A DNA stretch of 28,666 nt from an uncultured Candidatus Sumerlaeota bacterium (GTDB taxonomy: Bacteria > Sumerlaeota > Sumerlaeia > SLMS01), in NCBI GenBank assembly GCA_964346275.1, contig CAYFUR010000012.1, forward strand, positions 1 through 28,666, written 5' to 3'. This document shows positions 9,771 to 18,400 of this stretch, one piece after another. Numbering within the stretch: the first letter of the stretch is position 1; each line of letters begins with the position of its first letter. The notes under the pieces were generated by a model. It was not told the DNA's origin and did not search any database. It worked only from the letters and a program-made list of their open reading frames with translations. The translations under genes were made by a program, and so were the position numbers.

Positions 9771-9818
9771 AAAAAAAGGCCCGAACCACGAGAAGGATAC
9801 TCAGCGCGGTTCGGGACC
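9771..9818 (-). terminator. Rho-independent terminator downstream of pilC/gspF
   Basis: The minus-strand RNA reads GGUCCCGAACC–20-nt loop–GGUUCGGGCC followed by UUUUUUU. The plus-strand A7 tract is at 9771-9777 and the arms at 9778-9787 and 9808-9818. Confidence 0.5.
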
Positions 9819-9835
9819 CAAGGGATTTTTTCGAT

Positions 9836-11056
9836 TCAGCCTTCGGAGACGAGTTCGATCATCTTGAACATCGGCAGGAACATGGAGATGACGATGAAGC
9901 CGACGACAAGGCCGAGGCCGACGATGAGCAGGGGTTCGATGAGTGAGGTGAGTCCGGCGACCATGGAGTTGACCTGGTCCTCGTAGAAGTCGGCGATTTT
10001 GACCAGCATGCCTTCGAGGGCGCCAGTGCGCTCGCCGACATCGATCATGCGGGTTACCATGGGTGGGAAGACATCGGCGTCGACCAGGGGCTTGGTGAGG
10101 GATTCACCAGCCTGGATGGAGGCGCGTGTTTTCATGACAGCGTTTTCGATGACAGCGTTGTTGGCGGTTTTGGCGGTGATCTCCAGGGCATAGAGGATAT
10201 TGACGCCGGAACGTATGAGGGTGCCGAGGGTGCGGCAGAACTTGGCGACGGAGGATTTCAGCATGAGAGCGCCAAAAATGGGCATGCGGAGCTTAAAGGT
10301 ATCGATCGCGAAGCGCCCCGTGCGCGTTTTCCCCCATTGGTGGAGGAAGACCCAGGTGCCGATGACGATGAGGAGAAGAAGCCACCATTGTTGTTGGAGG
10401 ACATTGGAGATCGCCACGGTGATGGCGGTCGGCCAGGGGAGTTCGCCGCCGAGGCTTTCGAAGATGCCCTGGAAGACGGGGACCACTTTCACGAGAAGGA
10501 AGATGGTGATACCAATCGCGACGATGGTGACCGTGGCGGGATACATGGTGGCGGATTTGATTTTTCTTTGGAGTGACGCAACGCGCTCCATGTAGCTGGC
10601 GACCTGGTCGAGGATGGTATCGAGCATACCCGAGGCCTCGCCGGCGCGGACCATGGAGAGGTAGAACTGGTTGAAGACGTTGGGATGCTTGGCCATAGCT
10701 TCGGTCAGGGAGAGGCCCGCTTCGACGTCGCGTTCGATTTGACGCATGACGTTGGCGAGGGAGCGGCGCTCTGTCTGCTCGGCGAGGATGTTGAGCACCT
10801 CGATGAGGGGGAGGCCGGCGCGGATCATGACAGCCATTTGCTGGGAGAGGACGACCATGTCGTCGAGTTTGACGCGCCCTCCCTTTTGCTTGCTGCCCTT
10901 CCTTTTGGCTTTTGCTGCTTTTGTGGCCTTGATTTGTGTGGGCGTCAGGCCTTTTTCGCGAAGCATGCGCACGACAGTGCCCTGATCAGAGGCTTCTGTC
11001 GTTCCATTGACGGTCCGGCCATCAGACGCGCGGGCGACGTACTGGAAAACTGGCAT
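9836..11056 (-). CDS. pilC: Type II secretion / type IV pilus inner-membrane platform protein (GspF/PilC family)
   Basis: The 406-aa protein has the two tandem T2SSF repeats, each with a cytoplasmic helical domain followed by TM segments, and the typical N-terminus MPVFQYVARASDGRTVNGTTEA. Its length and layout match PilC/GspF. Confidence 0.9.
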   Translation of the reverse strand: MPVFQYVARASDGRTVNGTTEASDQGTVVRMLREKGLTPTQIKATKAAKAKRKGSKQKGGRVKLDDMVVLSQQMAVMIRAGLPLIEVLNILAEQTERRSLANVMRQIERDVEAGLSLTEAMAKHPNVFNQFYLSMVRAGEASGMLDTILDQVASYMERVASLQRKIKSATMYPATVTIVAIGITIFLLVKVVPVFQGIFESLGGELPWPTAITVAISNVLQQQWWLLLLIVIGTWVFLHQWGKTRTGRFAIDTFKLRMPIFGALMLKSSVAKFCRTLGTLIRSGVNILYALEITAKTANNAVIENAVMKTRASIQAGESLTKPLVDADVFPPMVTRMIDVGERTGALEGMLVKIADFYEDQVNSMVAGLTSLIEPLLIVGLGLVVGFIVISMFLPMFKMIELVSEG

Positions 11057-11165
11057 GGGCGGTATAACCCCCTTGGTAATACAGTCGGTGTGATGCTTTC
11101 AGCTTATTCAAGAGTCACGCAAGCGAAGAATCTTCCAGAGACAAAACTCAGGGTTTGCGGCGGGA

Positions 11166-12932
11166 TCAGGAATCGTCCGCCATGGTCAGTTCAATGGCTT
11201 GTTCGGTGGTGGTTGCGCCTTGTCGTACCTTGCGGATGGCGGCTGTGCGCATGGATTCCATGCCCTCTTCAAGGGCGATTCTCTTGAAAATGTTGGGCGA
11301 GACGCCTTCCATGACGGAATCGCGGAGCCGGTCATTCATGAGCATGAGTTCGTACAGGCCGACGCGGCCCTTGTAGCCGCTGTGGCGGCAGGTCTCGCAG
11401 CCTTCACCGCGATAGAGGACGAGGTCGCTGGTACGCTCTTCCTGGGGGATGCCCAAGAGATCCATTTCCGCGGTATCGGGGGCGTATTCGGTGCGGCAAT
11501 TCTTGCAGATGCGGCGGGCGAGGCGCTGGGCTTCGACCATCAGCAGAGACGCGGTAACGAGGAAGTTCTCCAGACCCATGTTGAGGAGGCGGTTGACGCT
11601 GCTGGGGGCATCGTTGGTGTGGAGGGTGGACATCACGAGGTGGCCCGTGAGGGCGGCCTTGATGGCGATGGAGGCGGTTTCAAAGTCGCGAATCTCGCCG
11701 ACCATGATGATGTCGGGATCCTGGCGGAGAAAGGCGCGCAGGGCGACAGCGAAATCGAGCCCGATTTCCGGTTTGGCCATGACCTGGTTGATGCCAGGGA
11801 GGTTGTATTCCACGGGGTCTTCGCAAGTGCTGATGTTTTTCGAGGGGTCGTTGATGCGGCTGAGCGCGGAATAAAGAGTCGTGGATTTGCCGGAGCCGGT
11901 GGGGCCGGTGATAAGGCACATGCCGTAGGGCTTGGTAATGCATTCCTCAAAGGCCTGGCGGATATGCGGTTCAAAGCCAAGATCCTCGAGGTTGAGCATG
12001 AGGTTGCCCTGGTCGAGAATACGCATGACGACTTTTTCACCATAGATCGTGGGGACCGTGGAGACACGGAAGTCGATAGGGCGCCCCTGGACCTTGACGC
12101 GGAAACGGCCGTCCTGGGGCTTGCGTTTTTCGGCGATGTCCAGTTCGGCGAGGATTTTGACGCGCGATGTGATCGCGGCCTGGAATTTCTTGGGCGGATT
12201 GGTCATTTCGTTGAGAACGCCGTCTATGCGATAGCGCAGGCGGAGGCGTTTCTCGTAGGGTTCGATATGGATATCCGAGGCTCCGGCTTTGATCGCCTCG
12301 GTGATAATCATGTTCACCAGTTGGATGACCGGGGCATCGTTCACATCGGCATCACCATCGCCGGCATCTTCTTCCATCTCTCCCGACTCGATATCCAGTT
12401 CGTCGAAGTTGAGAGCCTCCTTGACGGCGGATTGAACGTCGGTGTCCTGGATTTCCTTCAGGGCTTCATCCACTCCCAGGCCGGTTTCTTCATCGATGCC
12501 GGGATAGTAGCGCTCGATGGCTTCGTTGATGTCGGACTCAAAGGAAATAACGGGGATGATTTCCGTTTTGGTGAGGAGTTTCAGTTCGTCGAGAAGATAG
12601 ATGTTCGAGGGATCGGAGAGGGCAATGGTGAGAGCATCGCCTGTGATATCGACGGGAACGATTTTATATTTTTTGACGATATCCCGTGGAATGGTGTTCA
12701 GCACCTGCTCGTCAATTTCATAGTGAGAGAGCGTGATGAAGGGGACGTTGAGCTGCTTGCCGAGGGCGGCGGCCATTTCCCACTCGGACGTCAGGCCCAT
12801 GTCGATCAGGATATGGCCGAGACTGCGGCGGCTTTTCTCCTGCTCGCCGAGGGCCTTGTCCAGGTCGTCGCGGGAAATGACGTTGTCTTTGACAAGCATC
12901 TCCCCGAGCTTTCGCTCCATTGCCGTAGCCAT
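11166..12932 (-). CDS. pilB: Type IV pilus assembly / type II secretion ATPase (PilB/GspE family) with an MshEN-like N-terminal domain
   Basis: The 588-aa protein carries Walker A GPTGSGKSTT, Asp/His boxes, Walker B and a tetracysteine motif (CKNC...CETC). The N-terminus has two tandem roughly 25-aa motifs, RKLGEMLVKDNVISRDDLDKALGEQ and RSLGHILIDMGLTSEWEMAAALGKQ. An AGGAGG Shine-Dalgarno lies 10 nt upstream of the ATG. Confidence 0.92.
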   Translation of the reverse strand: MATAMERKLGEMLVKDNVISRDDLDKALGEQEKSRRSLGHILIDMGLTSEWEMAAALGKQLNVPFITLSHYEIDEQVLNTIPRDIVKKYKIVPVDITGDALTIALSDPSNIYLLDELKLLTKTEIIPVISFESDINEAIERYYPGIDEETGLGVDEALKEIQDTDVQSAVKEALNFDELDIESGEMEEDAGDGDADVNDAPVIQLVNMIITEAIKAGASDIHIEPYEKRLRLRYRIDGVLNEMTNPPKKFQAAITSRVKILAELDIAEKRKPQDGRFRVKVQGRPIDFRVSTVPTIYGEKVVMRILDQGNLMLNLEDLGFEPHIRQAFEECITKPYGMCLITGPTGSGKSTTLYSALSRINDPSKNISTCEDPVEYNLPGINQVMAKPEIGLDFAVALRAFLRQDPDIIMVGEIRDFETASIAIKAALTGHLVMSTLHTNDAPSSVNRLLNMGLENFLVTASLLMVEAQRLARRICKNCRTEYAPDTAEMDLLGIPQEERTSDLVLYRGEGCETCRHSGYKGRVGLYELMLMNDRLRDSVMEGVSPNIFKRIALEEGMESMRTAAIRKVRQGATTTEQAIELTMADDS

Positions 12933-13145
12933 GGTCTTCAGTCCTCCTGACTGCTAGTCAAATCCCAAGGGGTGAGAATGGTCCGCATCATCACGGGTTT
13001 ATGCGGGGCACCGCGTGATGTGGGTGATCGACGAAGTGCCCAATACCAGAAATGAGAATGACTTTGATTTTCGTCGCCATGCAAGCTAAAGTTCCCAGAT
13101 TGGGGGTTCTGCGGGAGAGTCTCAGGTTTTACGCGGAGAAGTCTG

Positions 13146-13161
13146 CTGCAATGGTTTGCAG
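13146..13161. promoter_or_regulatory. Perfect 6-4-6 inverted repeat CTGCAAtggtTTGCAG about 215 bp upstream of pilB
   Basis: Read directly from the sequence. It is a candidate transcription-factor operator in the pilB 5' region, and each half resembles a sigma-54 -12 element (TTGCA). Confidence 0.25.
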
Positions 13162-13197
13162 GGTGTCAACTTTGATGAGCGGGGAAGCTGGACTGGG

Positions 13198-13962
13198 TTA
13201 GCGAATGTCCCATTTCCGCCCTGCCGGTTCTTCCTGAGCAGAGCCCTTTTCCGGCTCGTCTCTGAAGCGCAGAGTGGGCTCTTCTTCGTGAGGTTGTTGT
13301 TGTTGCATCACGTCGTGGATCATTCGCCCGGCGAGAGCTGCCGTACCCGCCAGAACCATGATTCCGAGGAGCTGATTCCCCACGGCGAGGTCGTTGATGC
13401 CGAGAAGGAGCCCGGCGGCGAGAGCGGCTTTCGAGAGCAGGGAAGGGGCGTGGCGGCCGCTGGAGGCGCAGAGGATGAGCAGGGCGAGGAGGGTTTGCTG
13501 GGGGAGCGGGCCGAGGGGGGAAAGAAAGAGGCCGCGCAGAAAACCGATGGGGCCACCCCAGAACGGAAAGAAAAAGGCAATCGCGTATCCGCCGAGGGCG
13601 ATGGTTCGCCAGGGCTCCTCTTCGGGAAGAACGCGCCAGGCGGGCCTTTCTATCGCGAGGGCATGGATCGATGCGCCGAGGAGAAGGAGGCATCCGGCGG
13701 CGAGGATGGTGATGCCTCCGAATGTCTCCAGGCCCGATGGCAGGGCGAGCATCATGGGAACGAGAAACAGCACGAGGAGGACGGAGGTGAGGAGCTTGGG
13801 GCCGGGTTCCTTGTTTCCGGTTTGAACGAGGTAGAGGGAGACCGCGAGAGCGAACCGCGCCGAGATGGACGTCGGCCAGTGGAGGAGATTCATATATTGG
13901 TAAAAATCGAGAAGAGTTTCTGGATTCCACATAATTTCCTGGCCCGTGGCGCCTGCGTTCAA
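13198..13962 (-). CDS. Polytopic integral membrane protein of unknown function (at least 6 predicted TM helices)
   Basis: The 254-aa ORF has a hydrophobic composition with several 18-25-aa apolar stretches and a hydrophilic Q/E-rich C-tail. The overlapping ORFs 13166..14050 (-) and 13156..13992 (+) are R/P- or E/G-rich and look like GC-bias artefacts. No family motif was recognised. Confidence 0.5.
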   Translation of the reverse strand: MNAGATGQEIMWNPETLLDFYQYMNLLHWPTSISARFALAVSLYLVQTGNKEPGPKLLTSVLLVLFLVPMMLALPSGLETFGGITILAAGCLLLLGASIHALAIERPAWRVLPEEEPWRTIALGGYAIAFFFPFWGGPIGFLRGLFLSPLGPLPQQTLLALLILCASSGRHAPSLLSKAALAAGLLLGINDLAVGNQLLGIMVLAGTAALAGRMIHDVMQQQQPHEEEPTLRFRDEPEKGSAQEEPAGRKWDIR

Positions 13963-14136
13963 GCGGTGTCAGGAGATTGGAGCCGTTTTTGAGGGAAAGG
14001 TTCAAAGGCTTTTTACCAGAAAAAGCCGCGGGAGAAATGGCCTTGCCCATTGAGACCGAGTCGCCGAATAGGAAAGAGCCTTTTGAGGGGGAAACTCTTC
14101 AGGCTTCAATCATTAAAAAAACAACAAGGTTTCTTC

Positions 14137-15423
14137 ATGGCAACAGAGGTCAAGGAGACTCAGGCATTTTCGGCTTCGGGGCGAATCGCCTCCATCGATG
14201 CCCTTCGCGGGCTGACAATCCTGGTGATGATCTTTGTGAATAATGTGGCCGGCGTGGCGAACGCGCCGCGATGGATGCAGCATTACTATGCCCTGAATCC
14301 CGATGGTTCGAAAGACTGGCTGGCCAACGGGATGACGTTTGTGGACCTGGTCTTCCCGGCGTTTCTTTTCATCGTGGGCATGGCGATTCCCTTCGCGCTG
14401 GGGAGGAGGCTGGAGCGGGGCGAAGCACTGTGGAAGACCTGGCGCCATATTATTGTTCGCACGCTGGGGCTGCTGATCACCGGCGTCTTTATGGTGAATA
14501 TGCACGTTTCGGCGCAGGATTTCGCCGCTCCGATCCCCAAGGCGCTCTGGGATTTCCTGGCTTTTCTGTTTATCATCTTTGTATGGAATATGCCGCCAAA
14601 GGAGCCGGGCCGGAAACGGACGATTTATTTGTCGCTTCGCGGTGTGGGGATTGCCGGGCTGGTGGCTCTTGCGGCGATTTACCGGCGTATAGACGGGTCC
14701 GGAAACGAAATCATGATGCAGACATCGTGGTGGGGGATTCTTGGGCTGATCGGCTGGGCCTACCTGGCGGCGTCTGTTGTGTATATGCTTCTCCGGAACA
14801 ATGTGGCGGGGCATGTCGGGGCGATGGCGCTTCTGTATTGCCTGTTTCTCGCGGATAACGCAGTGGACCTGGCGGCGTTGACGAATGGCCTGGTCGGGAT
14901 TGGATCCCAGATCGGCTCTCATGGGGCGCTCGTGGTGAGCGGTGTGGCTCTGGGAATCATGCTGCGGCCGGATTCCGGTTTGCAGGGCCATTGGCCGCGT
15001 TTGCGCTGGGCGATTCTCTACGGGGCGGCGTTGTTCACGGCCGCCATGCTGATCTATCCGCTTCATGAATATGAGGCGGTGAGCAAGATGTTCCGCATCA
15101 ACAAGAACATCGCCACCCCGACGTGGTGCCTGATGTCGGCCGCCTATACAATCTGGGTGTGGGTGGTGATTTACTGGCTGATGGATATGCAGGGCTGGAA
15201 GAAGTGGGCCGTGCTGCTTCGGCCCGCGGGAGAGAACCCGCTGCTGGCGTATATTCTGGCGCCGATGATCGTGGCGCTGATGGAGCTGGTTGCGGTTGCG
15301 GGCTGGTTCCACGGCCTGGGGTCGAATTTCTGGCCCGGGTTGATCCGCGCTGTGGTGTGGGCTTTTGCGATCACATGGCTTGCCGGCGGGCTGAAGAGCT
15401 GGGGGGTGCGGCTGCGGCTTTGA
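14137..15423 (+). CDS. DUF5009 / heparan-alpha-glucosaminide N-acetyltransferase (HGSNAT)-like transmembrane acyltransferase family protein
   Basis: The N-terminal motif RIASIDALRGLTILVMIFVNN matches the R..S[LI]D.[LF]RG signature of the HGSNAT/DUF1624/DUF5009 family. It is followed by about 10 TM helices. The supplied ORF starts at 14050, but ATG 14137 (MATEVKE...) lies just upstream of the conserved motif and is preferred. Confidence 0.7.
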   Translation: MATEVKETQAFSASGRIASIDALRGLTILVMIFVNNVAGVANAPRWMQHYYALNPDGSKDWLANGMTFVDLVFPAFLFIVGMAIPFALGRRLERGEALWKTWRHIIVRTLGLLITGVFMVNMHVSAQDFAAPIPKALWDFLAFLFIIFVWNMPPKEPGRKRTIYLSLRGVGIAGLVALAAIYRRIDGSGNEIMMQTSWWGILGLIGWAYLAASVVYMLLRNNVAGHVGAMALLYCLFLADNAVDLAALTNGLVGIGSQIGSHGALVVSGVALGIMLRPDSGLQGHWPRLRWAILYGAALFTAAMLIYPLHEYEAVSKMFRINKNIATPTWCLMSAAYTIWVWVVIYWLMDMQGWKKWAVLLRPAGENPLLAYILAPMIVALMELVAVAGWFHGLGSNFWPGLIRAVVWAFAITWLAGGLKSWGVRLRL

Positions 15424-15479
15424 GGAGGAGGGGCGCATTGGGCCTCGGAGGCGGCGGATGAGAGGCCGGCAAAGAGACG

Positions 15480-18400
15480 TCAGCTCCGAGTGCTTTCTTC
15501 CAAAGCCCTCTTGATGACTTCCAGAAGCTCGTTGGATTTATAGGGTTTCTGGATGAATCCGGCGAGAGTTCCGTGGAACTCGCCGGTGACATGTTGTTCG
15601 TCGTATCCGCTGGAAAGAATGACGGGGATGTCGGGGCGGAGCCGATGAATCTCGCTGAACACCTCTTCGCCACTCATGCGGGGCATGGTGAGGTCGAGGA
15701 CCACGCATATAATCTCATCGTCGTTTTCCATGAAGAATTCAAGGGCGTCTGCGCCATCGGGGGCGGTGGTGACCTGGAATCCCGCATGTTCGAGGATCTC
15801 GCGGCCGAGTTCGCGAATGGAGGCTTCGTCATCAGCGAGAAGGATCCGGCCCCGGCCCTTCCAGATGGGGACCTCCCGGGGCGGGGTCTGGCGGCGGGGT
15901 GCTTCGGCTCCTTCTGGGAAATAGATGGTGAAGGAAGATCCTTTGCGGGGTTCGCTGCTGATGTGGATCGAGCCCTTGTGCCCATGGATGATGCCTTGTG
16001 CGGCGGCCAGTCCGAGGCCCCGGCCGGTAAACTTGGTTGTATAGAAAGGATCGAAGATCTTTTCCTGAGTTTCCTTGTCCATTCCGGCGCCTGTATCGGC
16101 GACCTGGAAGAAGACATAGTGCCCGGGAGGGATATCGACGCCCAGGGAGGAGTCCTTGAGTTCTTCCTGGGTGCAATCACGCACGCCGGTGGTGACAAAC
16201 ACCTTTCCCGTTTCGCCTTCGAGAGCCTCGGAGGCATTGGTGATGAGGTTCATGACGAGCTGGCGGATTTGCGTGGCGTCGCCTTGGATTGGCGGGAGTT
16301 CAGGGGCAAGGCGTAATTCCAGATCGGCTTTTTTGGAGATGGAGGTATGGAGAAGCCCGGTGATTTCTTTAAGCACTTCGTTGAGGTTGATGGGCTCGAG
16401 GATGAAGCGCCCCTTGCCTGAGTAGGCCAGCATCTGGCGGCAAAGCTCGGCAGCGCGGCGCGAGGCTTTGTCAACTTCTTCGAGGTTGCGGCGGCAGGGT
16501 GAATCGCCCGGGAGGCGGAGGAGGGCAAGTTCGTTGTTCCCCATAATGCCAGTGAGGAGGTTGTTGAAATCGTGGGCGATGCCGCCGGCAAGAACGCCGA
16601 GGCTTTCGAGCTTCTGGCTCTGGAGCATCTGGTGTTCCAGGTCGCGGCGCTTTTCTTCCTCCTTTTTGCTTTCGGTGATGTCCCGGGCGATATAGACAGC
16701 GCCGAGGAGGGAACCTTCGCGATCGTGCAATGGAGCTGACGTGACGAGGAAGTGGCCGCCGAGGGAATCGATGTATTGTTCTTCGGTATGAGAGTTCCCC
16801 GCGTTCGGCGTGCAGGAAAAGGGATGGCCCGATTGGAAACGGACCATGCCCGAGAGTTCTTTGTAAGCGATCCGCCCGAGGAAGTCCTCCTTGGCGGCGC
16901 CAAGACGTTCGAGCAAGGCGCGGTTGGCCCTGAGGACGCGGAAATCGCGGTCGAGAATGACAATGAGGTCGGGCACGGAGTCGAAAGTGCGTTCCCATTC
17001 ATCCCGCGCGCGAATAATTTCTTCTTCGATGCGGCGTCGTTCGATGGCGGAACCGACGATGGCGGCGGCGGAGCGCAGGGTTTCCAGTTCGGCGTGACTC
17101 CACTGGCGCTCGTTGACGCAGTCTTCCAGGCCGATGATTCCCCACCAGGATTGTTCGAATAAGATTGGGAAGATCGCGATGGATTTGATCTCCACGCTTT
17201 GAAGGAGTTCTTTCTCCTGATCGGGAAAAAGGGAAAGGGGCCCGTGGAGCACTTCGCCGCTCGAGAGGATTTCCGCCCACTTCTCCGAACCAAACTGGCG
17301 GCCTATGATACTCTGAGAGCCGGGAGCTTCCGCCAAAGACCTGACTCCCGGGGCGGCCCATTCGTAGCGAGGCTTGAGGCTATGTGATCCCGTGGAGTCG
17401 ATTTCCGTTTCGCAAATAGAGATGCGGCTGCATGAAGTCGCTTCTCCCAGCGCTTTGAGAGATTTCTGGATTGCGGAGGCGAATTCGCCGGAGCGGATGA
17501 GGCCTTCGGTGGTTTCGGCGAGCGCGCTGAGAATGCGCTCGCGATTTTTCAGGTTTTCTTCGGCCCGGCGGCGCTCTGTTACATCTATTCCGAGGGCCCA
17601 GTCGTGCCATCCGGGAATCGGGACCTTCCGGGAGATATTCGTCCAGCTGATGACTCGTGCCGAGCCGTCCTTGCAAGTGATCGTCGTCTCCAGGTCGTGA
17701 TGGTCTCCGGGGCTCTCGTCGATTCGATTTCTGACGTATTGATAATATTGAGTGTCCGGGTAAAGGCGGCGTCCGAAGCGGGGCTCCTCCATGGCTTCTT
17801 CGGCTGTATAGCCGGAAATGCGCTCGGCGGCTTTGTTCCAAAGCTTGACGTGCCCTTGGGAATCCAGAGCAACGACGAGCACGGGCATGTTTTCCACGAC
17901 GGCGCGAAAGCGGCTTTCACTTTCACGGATTTGGATTTCGGCTTTTTTGAGAGGGGTGATGTCCCGGGCGACGGAGAGCACGGTGTCGACGATGCCCTGG
18001 CGGTTGACCTCTGGGACAACTTTGACCTGGTAATCGTGTTTGTCGCCATTGTTGGAGATAGAAAACTCGATGGAGCGCTCGGTGCAGCTGCGGCAGACGT
18101 CCTCAAGCAGCAAGTTCCATTTCACAACCAGCGAGCGGTCTTCGTAAAGGTCCCAGAGAGGGCGGCCGATAATGTCTTGCTGGGGACGCTGCAGGAGCTT
18201 TTCCGCCTCGGGGTTTGCATAGACAGGGCGGCCTTCCCGATTATAGCGAATGATGATATCGGGGGAATTGTGCGCGAGGTTCGCGAATTCCTGTTCGCGG
18301 CGGCGAAGCTGTTCTTCGGCGGCTTTCCGCTCGGTGATGTCGCGGGCAAAGGTGCAGTGGAGTTCGCTGTCTTCCGTGAGGATGTGATTGATCACGATTT

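Noticed and set aside
13198-13962. Exosortase/archaeosortase idea for the polytopic membrane protein (LCASSGR resembling a Cys-Ser-Gly-x-Arg active-site motif)
   Set aside because: The motif match is approximate and recalled from memory. The protein is shorter than typical exosortases, and no PEP-CTERM-type context is visible. Not supportable without an HMM search.
13156-14050. ORFs 13166..14050(-) 294 aa and 13156..13992(+) 278 aa overlapping the membrane-protein gene
   Set aside because: Their R/P-rich and E/G-rich compositions are characteristic of off-frame translation of GC-rich DNA. The 13198..13962(-) frame alone yields a coherent polytopic membrane protein.
15424-15479. GGCCTC...GAGGCC hairpin between the DUF5009 gene and the histidine kinase gene
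   Set aside because: It has only a 6-bp stem with a 15-nt loop and no U-tract, which is too weak to call a terminator.
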